NCBI GenBank assembly: GCA_044450345.1
Contig: JBIOIY010000002.1
Coordinates: 64,001-128,000 of the forward strand
Origin: Thermodesulfovibrionales bacterium
GTDB taxonomy: Bacteria > Nitrospirota > Thermodesulfovibrionia > Thermodesulfovibrionales > UBA6898
Direction: 5' to 3'
DNA: 64,000 bases
The notes under the pieces were generated by a model. The model worked only from the letters and a program-made list of their open reading frames with translations. It was not told where the DNA came from and searched no databases. Each line of letters begins with the position of its first letter. Position 1 is the stretch's first letter. This document shows, piece after piece, positions 50,934 to 61,184 of the stretch. A program made the position numbers and the translations under genes.

Positions 50934-50967
50934 CAGCTGACGGCCTTTAAGGCCCCTTTTTTTTCCT

Positions 50968-53736
50968 TTATTTTTTCTTCGCGGTCTTCTCCTTCAGCGA
51001 AGCCTGCGCCGCCGAGAACCGCGCAATCGGCACCCTGTAAGGCGAGCAACTCACGTAATCCAGACCGATGGCATGACAGAACTCCACAGACTTGGGCTCG
51101 CCCCCATGCTCTCCGCAAATCCCCATCTTAAGTCCTTTCTTCACCTTTCTGCCCTTTGCCACTGCAAGTTTCATGAATGCACCGACGCCGTTCTGGTCGA
51201 TCGTGATGAAGGGATCTTCTTTCAAAATACCTTTTTCAACATAGAAGGGAAGGAACCTTCCCGCATCGTCTCTCGACAGGCCATATACCGTCTGCGTAAG
51301 GTCATTAGTGCCGAAAGAATAAAAGTCGGCAACGGCAGCTATCTCGTCGGAAGTCACACATGCCCTGGGGAGTTCTATCATAGTCCCCACAGTGTAAGGA
51401 ACCCTGACGCCAAAATCCTTTCTCACCCGGTCAGCCGTCGCAATAGTAAGTTCCTTCAAATTCGTCAACTCATTCACGTGACCGACGAGGGGAATCATTA
51501 TCTCCGGAACGACCTTGACCTTCTCCTTCACCAGCTCACAGGCCGCCTCCATAATAGCCTGCACCTGCATTTCATATATTTCGGGATACGTGACCCCGAG
51601 ACGGCATCCGCGGTGTCCGAGCATAGGGTTGAACTCATGGAGTGATTTGTTCTTGACGTTCAACTGCTCGAACGGAACCCCCATTTCATCTGCAAGTTCC
51701 TGCAGTTCTTCATCTGTATGCGGAAGGAACTCATGGAGCGGCGGATCGAGAAGCCTTATCGTCACCGGAAAGCCCGCCATAGCCCTGAATATTCCTATGA
51801 AATCGACCTTCTGGAACGGAAGGAGCTTTGCAAGGGCTTTCTTTCTTCCCTCAATGGTTTCAGAGAGGATCATTTCTCTTACGGCCCTTATCCTGTCAGG
51901 TCCGAAAAACATATGCTCGGTCCTGCAGAGTCCTATCCCTTCGGCCCCGAAATTTCTTGCAACAGTGGCATCGTTAGGGGTATCCGCATTCGTCCTGACC
52001 CTCAGGCCCCTAAACTGGTCAGCCCATTTCATCAGTTCCTTATACCAAAGATTGCGATCAGGATCGGCCGGCAGGAGGTCGAGTTGGCCCTCATACACGC
52101 GGCCTTTCGTCCCGTTCAGGGTTATCCAGTCACCCTCTCTAAGGACCCTCCCGTTCACATGTATCTCCTTTTTACGGACATCAATATTGAGATCTGAACA
52201 GCCCACAATGCAGCATTTGCCCCATCCCCTTGCAACGAGGGCAGCGTGGCTCGTCATTCCGCCCCTTGCGGTAAGTATAGCCTGCGCCGCATGCATGCCA
52301 TGCACATCTTCGGGGGAAGTCTCGTTCCTGACGAGAATGACTTTCTCGCCCTTATTTGCCTTTTCTTCCGCATCGTCCGCAGTAAAGACGATCTTACCAA
52401 TGGCCCCCCCCGGCCCGGCAGGCAATCCCTTGGCGAGTTCAACGGCCTTCTTCTCGGAATTAGGATCAACACTCGGATGCAGAAGTTCATCGAGTTGATC
52501 GGGCTTTACACGCAGGACAGCAGTCTCCTTCGAAATCAATTTCTCCCTGGCCATCTCTACCGCCATCCTTATCGCCGCCGGACCATTTCTCTTGCCGACC
52601 CTCGTTTGGAGCATCCAGAGTCGTCCTTCTTCTATAGTAAATTCTATGTCCTGCATATCGGCGTAGTGTTTTTCGAGTCTTTTCTGGATACTGTAAAGCT
52701 GCTTATAGAGCATCGCCATCGCAGACTCCAGGGAAGGAAGGTGTTTAGTGTCCTCGGTCTTACCTGCCTCATTCACCGGATTCGGGGTTCTGATGCCGGC
52801 GACAACATCTTCGCCCTGGGCATTGGGAAGCCATTCACCGAAGAACACGTTCTCACCCGTTGCGGGGTTCCTGGTAAAGGCGACCCCTGTTGCGGAATTA
52901 TCGCCTGTATTGCCGAATACCATCGACTGGACGCTAACTGCCGTCCCCCAGTCCTCGGGTATCTTCTCTATTTTGCGGTATGATACTGCGCGCTTGCCCA
53001 TCCACGACTGAAAGACTGCTCCGATACCACCCCACAGCTGTTCATAGGGATCGTCAGGAAAATCCTTCTTGAGAGTCTGCCTTATAATCATTTTGAATTC
53101 GTCGCAGAGTTTCTTCAGGTCCTCTACGTTCAGGTCAGTATCGCTTTTGTATCCCTTTTCTTTCTTCAGCCGGTCCATGAAATGTTCGAGCTTGTGACGG
53201 ATTCCTCCGCCTTCTTCCGGCTCAACTCCGGCGGCTTTTTCCATGACAACATCTGAATACATCATGAGCAGGCGACGGTACGCATCGTATACAAAACGAT
53301 CGTTGTTGGTCTTTTTTATGAGTCCGGGGATCGTCTTCGTTGTGAGCCCGACATTGAGGACCGTTTCCATCATGCCAGGCATTGAACTGCGCGCCCCTGA
53401 ACGAACCGAGACAAGGAGGGGATCCATGGGATCTCCGATTTTTTTCCCCATTATCTTTTCGACCTTGGCTACGGCCGAAAAGACTTGTGTCTTCAATTCA
53501 GGCGGATATTTCCGGTTGTTCTTGTAATACAGTGTGCATACCTCAGTCGTAATCGTAAATCCCGGCGGGACGGGTATGGCGAGGTTCGTCATCTCCGCAA
53601 GATTGGCCCCTTTACCGCCCAGGAGATTTTTCATTTCGGCCTTACCATCGGCCTTGCCGGCACCAAAAAAATAGACGTATTTTCTCAACGTTTTTTTTGC
53701 ACTCTTCTTAGCCGCCTTAACTGCTGACTTCGCCAT
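50968..53736 (-). CDS. ppdK: Pyruvate, phosphate dikinase
   Basis: LLGGKGANLAEM, SVRSGA, GGMTSHAA phospho-His motif, GIGLCRTEHMF, SFGTNDLTQ, GICGEHGG. Confidence 0.97.
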   Translation of the reverse strand: MAKSAVKAAKKSAKKTLRKYVYFFGAGKADGKAEMKNLLGGKGANLAEMTNLAIPVPPGFTITTEVCTLYYKNNRKYPPELKTQVFSAVAKVEKIMGKKIGDPMDPLLVSVRSGARSSMPGMMETVLNVGLTTKTIPGLIKKTNNDRFVYDAYRRLLMMYSDVVMEKAAGVEPEEGGGIRHKLEHFMDRLKKEKGYKSDTDLNVEDLKKLCDEFKMIIRQTLKKDFPDDPYEQLWGGIGAVFQSWMGKRAVSYRKIEKIPEDWGTAVSVQSMVFGNTGDNSATGVAFTRNPATGENVFFGEWLPNAQGEDVVAGIRTPNPVNEAGKTEDTKHLPSLESAMAMLYKQLYSIQKRLEKHYADMQDIEFTIEEGRLWMLQTRVGKRNGPAAIRMAVEMAREKLISKETAVLRVKPDQLDELLHPSVDPNSEKKAVELAKGLPAGPGGAIGKIVFTADDAEEKANKGEKVILVRNETSPEDVHGMHAAQAILTARGGMTSHAALVARGWGKCCIVGCSDLNIDVRKKEIHVNGRVLREGDWITLNGTKGRVYEGQLDLLPADPDRNLWYKELMKWADQFRGLRVRTNADTPNDATVARNFGAEGIGLCRTEHMFFGPDRIRAVREMILSETIEGRKKALAKLLPFQKVDFIGIFRAMAGFPVTIRLLDPPLHEFLPHTDEELQELADEMGVPFEQLNVKNKSLHEFNPMLGHRGCRLGVTYPEIYEMQVQAIMEAACELVKEKVKVVPEIMIPLVGHVNELTNLKELTIATADRVRKDFGVRVPYTVGTMIELPRACVTSDEIAAVADFYSFGTNDLTQTVYGLSRDDAGRFLPFYVEKGILKEDPFITIDQNGVGAFMKLAVAKGRKVKKGLKMGICGEHGGEPKSVEFCHAIGLDYVSCSPYRVPIARFSAAQASLKEKTAKKK

Positions 53737-54002
53737 GGATACTCCTCCCAACAAGTTAAAAATCATAATTCCTATTAAATTTATAGGACTTATAGAGTAC
53801 CTTACAAATCCATAAAAATTCAATATGAAAACTTAAAGAAATTCTTATAAATTCATTAGGAATTATAATGAATTAACCTCTGTTTCAAATTAGGCCGTTC
53901 TTTCCAGGTTGCTTCACGTCCCTAGTCGTGATAAAAAAATTAGTGGTGTTATTGGCGGCCGTAGCACCCGGAGCAGAAATCACGAGAGCGTCCGGTTAAA
54001 GA

Positions 54003-54383
54003 CTACTGGCCGGCCTCTTTTGAAAATAATTCAATAACCTTGGGGTCCTCTTTTCTCATTGTTGACCTTCCGTCGAATATTCCACCCTCAGCGATCACAA
54101 GTGTAGTGGTAAATAACTCTCCGATGATCTCGCCTTTATTTCTTATCTCGCATATCTCTCCTATCTTTAAATTGCCCTCTACCCTTCCGCCGACAACGAC
54201 TCCGCGTGCTGTTATATCCCCCTTCACCCGGGATTTTTCCCCCAGTACCACCCAATCCGCCTGAATATTGCCTTCCACTATCCCGTCTATCCTGATCGTG
54301 CCTTTCGTGCTGACATCCCCCGTGAACATCGAGTCGGGGCCTACAAGGGATTCCAATTTTTCAGTATTCTTGTGGAACATCAT
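54003..54383 (-). CDS. Bactofilin (polymer-forming cytoskeletal protein)
   Basis: Beta-helix repeats IRIDGIVEGNI, VKGDI, VGGRVEGN, IAEGGIFDG. Confidence 0.9.
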   Translation of the reverse strand: MMFHKNTEKLESLVGPDSMFTGDVSTKGTIRIDGIVEGNIQADWVVLGEKSRVKGDITARGVVVGGRVEGNLKIGEICEIRNKGEIIGELFTTTLVIAEGGIFDGRSTMRKEDPKVIELFSKEAGQ

Positions 54384-55216
54384 GACCTCCCTTTAAGATA
54401 CGAATCCGGATTTACCGCCTTACCGTTAAGCCACACCTCGTAATGCACATGGGGGCCGGTAGAATTGCCGGTCGAACCGATATAACTTATGATATCTCCA
54501 CGCTTTACCCTCTGACCTGTTCTGACCGCAACCATCTTGTTATGCGCATAAAACGTTGAGAAACCTGCCCCGTGCTCGATAACTACCAGATTTCCATTTG
54601 CTCCGCTCCAGCCGGAAAAACTGACAATGCCTTCTCCTGTAGCCTTTACCGGACGCCCGGGTTCAGCCGCTATGTCGACACCGCTATGAAATTCGCTCTC
54701 ACCGGACGTCGGGTGTTCCCGAAGCCCGAATGGAGAAGTAACGTATCCTTCAACCGGCCAGCCCTTGGGAGTGGCCACATAGATATCTCTCTGCTGGCTT
54801 AAATAATCCTTTATTTCACCGACACTTTCCATCGTTGCCCTAATCTGTTTCTTTAAGTCTTCCATGTCTATTGAGCCACTATCGGACGTGTCAAGATTCT
54901 CGAGTATTTTTTCCTTGGAGCTAAAAGAAAAGAGTCGTTTGAACTCAGTATCTGCTTTCTTCAAACTGGCTATCGTGGCTTTAACTTCTATGAACTGCGA
55001 TGCATAATAGTTAAGCCGCTGATTCATCTCTTTATATTTCACCGCATTTACTCCGATAGAAAAAAGATATATAGAAACCCCCGCCCATATGACAATCGAA
55101 ACAATGACGCCAAGCGAAGGCAGTTTAATCCTCCACGATTTTGAATCACTATGAGGAATGACCATGATGGTCACCGGGGTAAAGGCCTTTTTCAGTATTT
55201 TTTTTGTCCTAAGCAT
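54380..55216 (-). CDS. M23 family metallopeptidase
   Basis: N-terminal TM helix, coiled coil, HSGVD, YAHN, STGPHVHYEV. Confidence 0.92.
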   Translation of the reverse strand: MLRTKKILKKAFTPVTIMVIPHSDSKSWRIKLPSLGVIVSIVIWAGVSIYLFSIGVNAVKYKEMNQRLNYYASQFIEVKATIASLKKADTEFKRLFSFSSKEKILENLDTSDSGSIDMEDLKKQIRATMESVGEIKDYLSQQRDIYVATPKGWPVEGYVTSPFGLREHPTSGESEFHSGVDIAAEPGRPVKATGEGIVSFSGWSGANGNLVVIEHGAGFSTFYAHNKMVAVRTGQRVKRGDIISYIGSTGNSTGPHVHYEVWLNGKAVNPDSYLKGRS

Positions 55217-56249
55217 ATCTAACCCCCCTTATTCCCTTTTTGACACTTCCTATCATGTAAGCCCCAAAGCCCTTCTTTCTTAACGCGGCGAGAACTTTTT
55301 TTCCTTCTTTCTCGCTAACGACAACGATTAACCCGAGCCCCATATTGAAGGTCCTTTTCATGTCCTCTTCCGGTACGTTACCTGCCTTGCGAATCACCGA
55401 AAATATCGCCGGTTCAGGCCAAGACCCTTTATAAAGCAACGCCCCGAGACCTCTAGGAAATATCCTGGGCAGATTCCCGGGGATACCGCCTCCCGTAATA
55501 TGCGCCATCCCTTTCACATCCACCTTATCTTTTATCGCCTTAAACGCCTTCACATAGATAGTGGTGGGCTTTAAAAGCTCCTCACCCAGCGAAACGCCTA
55601 TTACAGGAAGGATTTTTTTTGCGCTCATTCTTTTCGAATCAAATAAGACCTTCCTGGCAAGGGAGTATCCGTTGCTGTGCAGGCCGCTTGAAGGAATGCC
55701 GATTAAGGAATCTCCGTCCTTAATCCGGGTTCCGTCAATCAGCTTTCTTCTTTCGACAACCCCCACGGCGAATCCCGAGAGATCGTATTCTCCACGTGCG
55801 TAAAAACCGGGCATCTCTGCCGTCTCACCCCCGATAAGAGAACATCCGGCCTCAAGACAACCGGTTGTTATGCCTCTTAGCACTTCAGCAGCGCTTTCCG
55901 GCTTCAGCTTACCCGTGGCAAAATAGTCGAGGAAGAAGAGCGGCTCCGCCCCGCTGGTGAGTATGTCATTGACACACATGGCAACAAGGTCAATACCTAC
56001 CGTATCGTGCCGGCCGGTCATAAAGGCTATCTTCAGCTTTGTGCCGACACCGTCCGTCCCGCTCACAAGGATTGGATCCTTATATTTGCGGGTATCGAGT
56101 TTGAAAAAAGCGCCGAAAGAGCCTATATCTGCCATTACTTCGGGCCTGAAAGTTCTTCTGGCGAGGGGCTTAATTATCCGGACGAACCGCTCTCCCTCGT
56201 TAATGTCAACTCCGGCCTTCTTATAGGTAAGTCTTTTGTTTGTTTCCAT
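55209..56249 (-). CDS. purM: Phosphoribosylformylglycinamidine cyclo-ligase
   Basis: YKKAGVDI, TDGVGTK, GGETAEMPG, SSGLHSNGYSL, AHITGGG, TFNMG. Confidence 0.97.
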   Translation of the reverse strand: METNKRLTYKKAGVDINEGERFVRIIKPLARRTFRPEVMADIGSFGAFFKLDTRKYKDPILVSGTDGVGTKLKIAFMTGRHDTVGIDLVAMCVNDILTSGAEPLFFLDYFATGKLKPESAAEVLRGITTGCLEAGCSLIGGETAEMPGFYARGEYDLSGFAVGVVERRKLIDGTRIKDGDSLIGIPSSGLHSNGYSLARKVLFDSKRMSAKKILPVIGVSLGEELLKPTTIYVKAFKAIKDKVDVKGMAHITGGGIPGNLPRIFPRGLGALLYKGSWPEPAIFSVIRKAGNVPEEDMKRTFNMGLGLIVVVSEKEGKKVLAALRKKGFGAYMIGSVKKGIRGVRYA

Positions 56250-56415
56250 AAAATAGTTGATGAGGCAGGACTCGTTTTGAACGAATATATTTTGCACAAA
56301 GTCATTCTAAAGGGCAAGTCAAATTTTTAATTATGCATTTTATATTCTTTATTGCCACACCTAAAGGCTCAGAACCTTATTCTCGAAAAGAGGTGTTTCT
56401 GCTAAGATATGGGTG

Positions 56416-57198
56416 ATGCCTCTGATACTTGTAACGAATGACGACGGCGTGCATTCTCCAGGGATTGTGGCGCTTTACGGGGCGGTGAAGCATTTGGGTG
56501 ACGCATACATCGTTGCTCCGGACAGGGAACGAAGCGCTGCAGGCCATTCCCTCACCCTCCACCGGCCCTTGAAAGTGACAGAGGTTAGGGAAAGGGTATA
56601 CAGCATCAACGGCACCCCGACTGATTGCGTAACCCTGGGTATTAACAAGGTCCTGCCCGAAAAACCGGCGCTTGTCGTGTCGGGGATTAACAGGGGGGCC
56701 AATCTCGGGGATGATGTTACATACTCAGGGACCGTCTCCGCGGCGATCGAAGGGACCATATTCGGAATACCCTCCATTGCGTTTTCGCTGCCGGCGGCAA
56801 AGCACTGCCATTTCGATGCAGCATCAGCCATAGCACACGACATCGCCAAATTTGTCCTGGAGCACTCACTGCCCTATGATACGCTGTTGAACGTCAATAT
56901 ACCGAATGTCGATAAAGAAAACATCAGGGGCATCCGGTTCACCAGGCAAGGGAAGCGTATTTACGACGGTGCGATATTGGAAACGTTTGATCCCTGGGGA
57001 GAGAAGCACTACTGGATAGGAGGGGGAAAACCATATTGGGAACGGGGTGAAGATACGGACATAGAAACAGTTGAGGCAGGCTATATTTCGGTAACGCCGA
57101 TACACCTGGACCTCACAAACTACAATGCCCTCTCCTTATTCAAGGAAAAATGGCGTGGGGACGAAATGTGGAAAGATAAACCAAATGAAAAATTTTGA
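56416..57198 (+). CDS. surE: 5'/3'-nucleotidase SurE
   Basis: LVTNDDG, GTPTDCV, SGINRGAN, YSGTV, SVTP. Confidence 0.96.
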   Translation: MPLILVTNDDGVHSPGIVALYGAVKHLGDAYIVAPDRERSAAGHSLTLHRPLKVTEVRERVYSINGTPTDCVTLGINKVLPEKPALVVSGINRGANLGDDVTYSGTVSAAIEGTIFGIPSIAFSLPAAKHCHFDAASAIAHDIAKFVLEHSLPYDTLLNVNIPNVDKENIRGIRFTRQGKRIYDGAILETFDPWGEKHYWIGGGKPYWERGEDTDIETVEAGYISVTPIHLDLTNYNALSLFKEKWRGDEMWKDKPNEKF

Positions 57199-58582
57199 CG
57201 TTATCGTCATCGGCGCCGGGCCATCCGGGATATTCGCGGCACTCGAACTTCTCAAGTCGAATAAGAAATTAAGCATTCTCATGATCGAAAAAGGTAAAGA
57301 TATCGACCAAAGGGCCTGCCCCGTAAAGGTCAAAAAAATCTCCTGTACCGCCTGCAAGGAATGCGATCTCCTGAGCGGCTGGGGCGGGGCTGGTGCGTTC
57401 AGTGACGGCAAGCTAAGTCTCTCTCCTGAGGTCGGGGGGTTCCTTTCCCGTTACATGGATAAGGACGAGGTAAGATCACTTATAAATTATGTCGATGGAA
57501 TATATTTGAAGTACGGCGCCCCTGCCGAGATATTCGGCAACAGCCCGGAAGAAGTGCAGGAACTGGAAAAGCTCGCATCTTTCAACAACCTTGTTCTCAT
57601 CCCCTCTAAAATTCGACATATCGGCACCGACAGATGCAAGGTGCTCCTAAAAAGGGTCCGCGAAGACATCTGCAACTCTATCGAGACGATTTTTCAGGCT
57701 GAGGCAGGGACCGTGATTACCGAAGACGGCAAATACAGGGGAGTGAAACTAAAAGACGGTACCGAGTTCCTCTCGGACTTCCTTGTCCTTGCTCCCGGCC
57801 GTGAAGGCTCCCGCTGGCTCGAGGAAGAGTCCAAGAGACTTGGTTTTACGCTGCTTAAGAACCCCGTGGATATCGGGGTTAGGGTAGAGCTTCCCGCCTC
57901 CGTCCTTGAGCCGCTTACCAGAATCACCTACGAGCCAAAACTCCTCTTCTACTCAAAGAGGTTCGATGACAAAGTCAGGACCTTTTGCGTAAATCCCTAT
58001 GGCGAAGTCGTGAAGGAATATCTTAAAGGAATCTGGACAGTAAATGGTCACAGTTACGCCGACAGGAGGACTAACAATACGAACTTCGCCATCCTTGTCA
58101 GCACATACTTCACCGAGCCATTTGATCAGCCGATTTCGTATGGGAGGTATATCGCACAGCTCGCGAACTTTCTGGGGAAGGGGGTGATCGTTCAAAGACT
58201 CGGTGACCTGATGTCGGGCAGGCGTTCTACACAAGAACGCATTTCGAAAGGGATAGTGCGGCCTACCCTCGACGACGCCACTCCAGGTGACCTGAGCTTC
58301 GTCATCCCCTACCGTTATCTTTGCGACATCATGGAAATGCTGGAAGCCCTCGACAGGATAGCGCCGGGGGTGAACTCGCGGCATACCCTCCTTTACGGCG
58401 TCGAAGTAAAATTCTATTCCATGCAGTTGAAGCTCACCGACAGGCTCGAGACCGAGATAGCTAACATATTCGCCATAGGGGACGGGGCCGGCGTCAGCAG
58501 AGGGCTCATACAGGCGTCGGCATCGGGGGTCGTGGCGGCAAGAGAGATACTGGCCCGTGCCGGTATCGCCGGCGTGTCATGA
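57185..58582 (+). CDS. NAD(P)/FAD-dependent oxidoreductase (uncharacterised family)
   Basis: IGAGPSG, GWGGAGAFSDGK, RHIGTD, VNGHS, GDGAG; N-terminal Cys cluster CP..CTACKEC. Confidence 0.85.
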   Translation: MKNFDVIVIGAGPSGIFAALELLKSNKKLSILMIEKGKDIDQRACPVKVKKISCTACKECDLLSGWGGAGAFSDGKLSLSPEVGGFLSRYMDKDEVRSLINYVDGIYLKYGAPAEIFGNSPEEVQELEKLASFNNLVLIPSKIRHIGTDRCKVLLKRVREDICNSIETIFQAEAGTVITEDGKYRGVKLKDGTEFLSDFLVLAPGREGSRWLEEESKRLGFTLLKNPVDIGVRVELPASVLEPLTRITYEPKLLFYSKRFDDKVRTFCVNPYGEVVKEYLKGIWTVNGHSYADRRTNNTNFAILVSTYFTEPFDQPISYGRYIAQLANFLGKGVIVQRLGDLMSGRRSTQERISKGIVRPTLDDATPGDLSFVIPYRYLCDIMEMLEALDRIAPGVNSRHTLLYGVEVKFYSMQLKLTDRLETEIANIFAIGDGAGVSRGLIQASASGVVAAREILARAGIAGVS

Positions 58583-58598
58583 AGTGTTAAGAAAGTAG

Positions 58599-59246
58599 AT
58601 GGACTACCAAAGACTCAGAGATGATATGGCGGATACCCAGCTTGTACCAAGGGGCATTAGAGACAAAGCGGTCCTGAATGCCATGCGCACGGTCCCGCGC
58701 CACCTCTTTGTTGACGAATCGACGCAATACAGGGCATATGACGACATGGCCCTTCCCATCGGCGAGGGGCAGACGATCTCTCAGCCGTATATGGTTGCGG
58801 TAATGACTGAACTGCTTGGGTTGACCGGCAAGGAAAAAGTGCTCGAGATCGGTACGGGCTCGGGGTATCAGGCGGCGGTGCTGGCCCATCTCGCAAAAGA
58901 GGTCTTTACAATCGAGCGCATCGCTTCACTTGCAGAAAAGGCAGAGCAGAGGTTCCGCGACCTCGCCTATTTCAATATCCATGTAAAAATAGGGGACGGC
59001 ACACTCGGATGGCCGGAAAAAGCGCCTTTTGACGGGATAATCATTACCGCTGGCTCGCCAAAGATGCCTGACCCCCTGAAAGAACAGGTTTCTGAAAACG
59101 GCATCATCGTCATACCGGTCGGGAGCAGATACTCCCAGCAACTTCTCAGAATAAAGAAAACGAAATCGGGATTTGAGGAAGAATATCACACGCCGTGCGT
59201 ATTCGTGCCGCTTATAGGTGAACATGGATGGAAAGAGAAAGATTAG
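58599..59246 (+). CDS. pcm: Protein-L-isoaspartate O-methyltransferase
   Basis: VPRHLF, GQTISQPYMV, VLEIGTGSGYQAA, FVPL. Confidence 0.96.
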   Translation: MDYQRLRDDMADTQLVPRGIRDKAVLNAMRTVPRHLFVDESTQYRAYDDMALPIGEGQTISQPYMVAVMTELLGLTGKEKVLEIGTGSGYQAAVLAHLAKEVFTIERIASLAEKAEQRFRDLAYFNIHVKIGDGTLGWPEKAPFDGIIITAGSPKMPDPLKEQVSENGIIVIPVGSRYSQQLLRIKKTKSGFEEEYHTPCVFVPLIGEHGWKEKD

Positions 59247-59267
59247 GTGCGGACAAAGTCAAAGGGA

Positions 59268-61184
59268 TCATCTTTTCAGCCCCGCCTTGATATTCCGCAG
59301 AAGGCTGCCGTATCTCTTTAGCTCCCCGGGGCCCATCTGTTTTCGCCCGAACCTGTGTTCCTCATAAAGTCTCATAAATTCCCTTACCTCTCCTTCAATC
59401 GGAAGACCGCGAGCTTTGTTTACTACCTCTCCTGGTGTAATCGAAATCGGAACAGCGACTCCGGGCCCCGCCATCGCCTCCCTGATATCTACATATTTCT
59501 GGCTCACAAAGTCATATCTTTTTCGGCCGATCGCCCTGCGGATTACATAGATGAGGCAAGCGAGCAGTACAGAAGAAGGAACCAAATACCACAAGTCCCT
59601 CATCTTCCCGGCCTTTATTACGTAGGCAGCAGGATATGCGAAAAGATCAGCCAAGGATTTAAGGATCGTCCTTTGGTCTTCACCCCTGAAGCCCACCACG
59701 TACCTCTCCCAGTTCATTTTAACCGAATCCAGCAAAAGGGTGACTGCCGTCAGACGCCGCGAGGGAACAGACGGTGTCGGGTCAAATCTTGTCCACCTGT
59801 CGTCAATCAAAGCCTCGACCCATGAATGCGCGTCGCTCTGCCTCACTATGATGTATCCCCCATATTGGTTTCTTTCACCTCCATAGAAACCATTGACTAT
59901 CCTGGAGGGTATACCCAATCCCCGAAGCATCAAAACCATTGAGGTCGCGAAATGTTCGCAGAACCCTTTTTTTGAATAAAAGAGAAAGTCGGTGACGGGG
60001 TCTATCCCTTCCGGCGAACGGGAAACAGCCAACGAATAGGAATAATTCTCCTTCAGATATCGCTCAATCAGAACCGCCCTCTCCCTGTCCGTCCTGCCCT
60101 TCGACGCAATATTTCGTGCAAGATGCTGCACCCTTTCCAGTCCCGGGGGCGACTGAAGATATCTGGAATCCCCGACACCCGGGACCGCACTGCGCGCGAT
60201 GCTGTAGGCCGTATAAAAAGCCCTTCTTGCAGCCTTTCGGGACAAAAACAGGGCGTCCGCACGGTCCGTCCAGACCAAGAAAGAATCGACTTTTATCCCC
60301 TTTATTTCCGTCAGCCCGAAGATGATATCCGAATCGATAGGCTCCAGGTATATCCTCTGCTCGACTGCCGACTCTTTGTCATAGCTGCCGATAACATACT
60401 CCTCCCCGACTTTCACTGACCTGTACCGCTCGCTCACTGTATTCTTCCACAAAGTGCCGTCGAAATGATCCAGTGACATGCCTCGCCAGTAATATGGAGG
60501 AGAAGGGTCTCGTCCCAATTCAATCCGCATGACTACCGACGGATCAAGCTTAACCTCACCCATGGAACCGAAATTTACCCGGTCCGAAAAACCCGATGTC
60601 CTCATCCCTTTGACATGACTCTTTCCCAAAAATGTATAGGTGTTCCTCGGCAGGGCGATAAAGAGAACCACTGTCGATGCAAGAGATAACACAGAAATCA
60701 TCATGATAGGCTTCAACAATCCGATCTCCCCCTCATGTCTATATTTCACAAAATGAGAAAATACCATCGCCGCGACGAGCGCCGCAAGGAAGACAATGAA
60801 AACAACACCGAAGACGAGCGACTGAGACAGCTCCGATGCAATCACCATCTGAAGGAGCGAGACGAAATATACCTGGAGATGGTCCCAGGGTTCTTTGAGG
60901 TCGTAGCTCTTTATCGCCTGGAATGTTATGGTAAGGTGCGCAACGGCGATAAAAAAGTCGCCGGAGACGAGCGAATCGAATGAGAAAACAGCGAGGGCAA
61001 GCACGGAACACATCCCGATGACCCAGCCGGGCGCGGCCCCCCTGCCCTTCAGAAAACGGTAGTACCCGGGGATTATCGCTATGCCGCCGGCTGCCATGAC
61101 AGGATTTATCTCACCGGTAAGGACGAGACCTATACTTCCGGTAAGGCCAAGAAAAGCGGTGAGAATTTTATACGTCCTCGGCAT
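59268..61184 (-). CDS. Membrane transglutaminase-like protein (DUF3488 + TGase, TgpA-like)
   Basis: N-terminal TM helices, YWRG, GFCEHFA catalytic Cys, DAHSWVE, FDPTP. Confidence 0.9.
   Translation of the reverse strand: MPRTYKILTAFLGLTGSIGLVLTGEINPVMAAGGIAIIPGYYRFLKGRGAAPGWVIGMCSVLALAVFSFDSLVSGDFFIAVAHLTITFQAIKSYDLKEPWDHLQVYFVSLLQMVIASELSQSLVFGVVFIVFLAALVAAMVFSHFVKYRHEGEIGLLKPIMMISVLSLASTVVLFIALPRNTYTFLGKSHVKGMRTSGFSDRVNFGSMGEVKLDPSVVMRIELGRDPSPPYYWRGMSLDHFDGTLWKNTVSERYRSVKVGEEYVIGSYDKESAVEQRIYLEPIDSDIIFGLTEIKGIKVDSFLVWTDRADALFLSRKAARRAFYTAYSIARSAVPGVGDSRYLQSPPGLERVQHLARNIASKGRTDRERAVLIERYLKENYSYSLAVSRSPEGIDPVTDFLFYSKKGFCEHFATSMVLMLRGLGIPSRIVNGFYGGERNQYGGYIIVRQSDAHSWVEALIDDRWTRFDPTPSVPSRRLTAVTLLLDSVKMNWERYVVGFRGEDQRTILKSLADLFAYPAAYVIKAGKMRDLWYLVPSSVLLACLIYVIRRAIGRKRYDFVSQKYVDIREAMAGPGVAVPISITPGEVVNKARGLPIEGEVREFMRLYEEHRFGRKQMGPGELKRYGSLLRNIKAGLKR

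Noticed and set aside
51073..52983. Long antisense ORFs opposite ppdK (likewise opposite clpC, secA, fhs and the ABC binding protein)
   Set aside because: They are shadow frames of conserved genes with no motifs or RBS.
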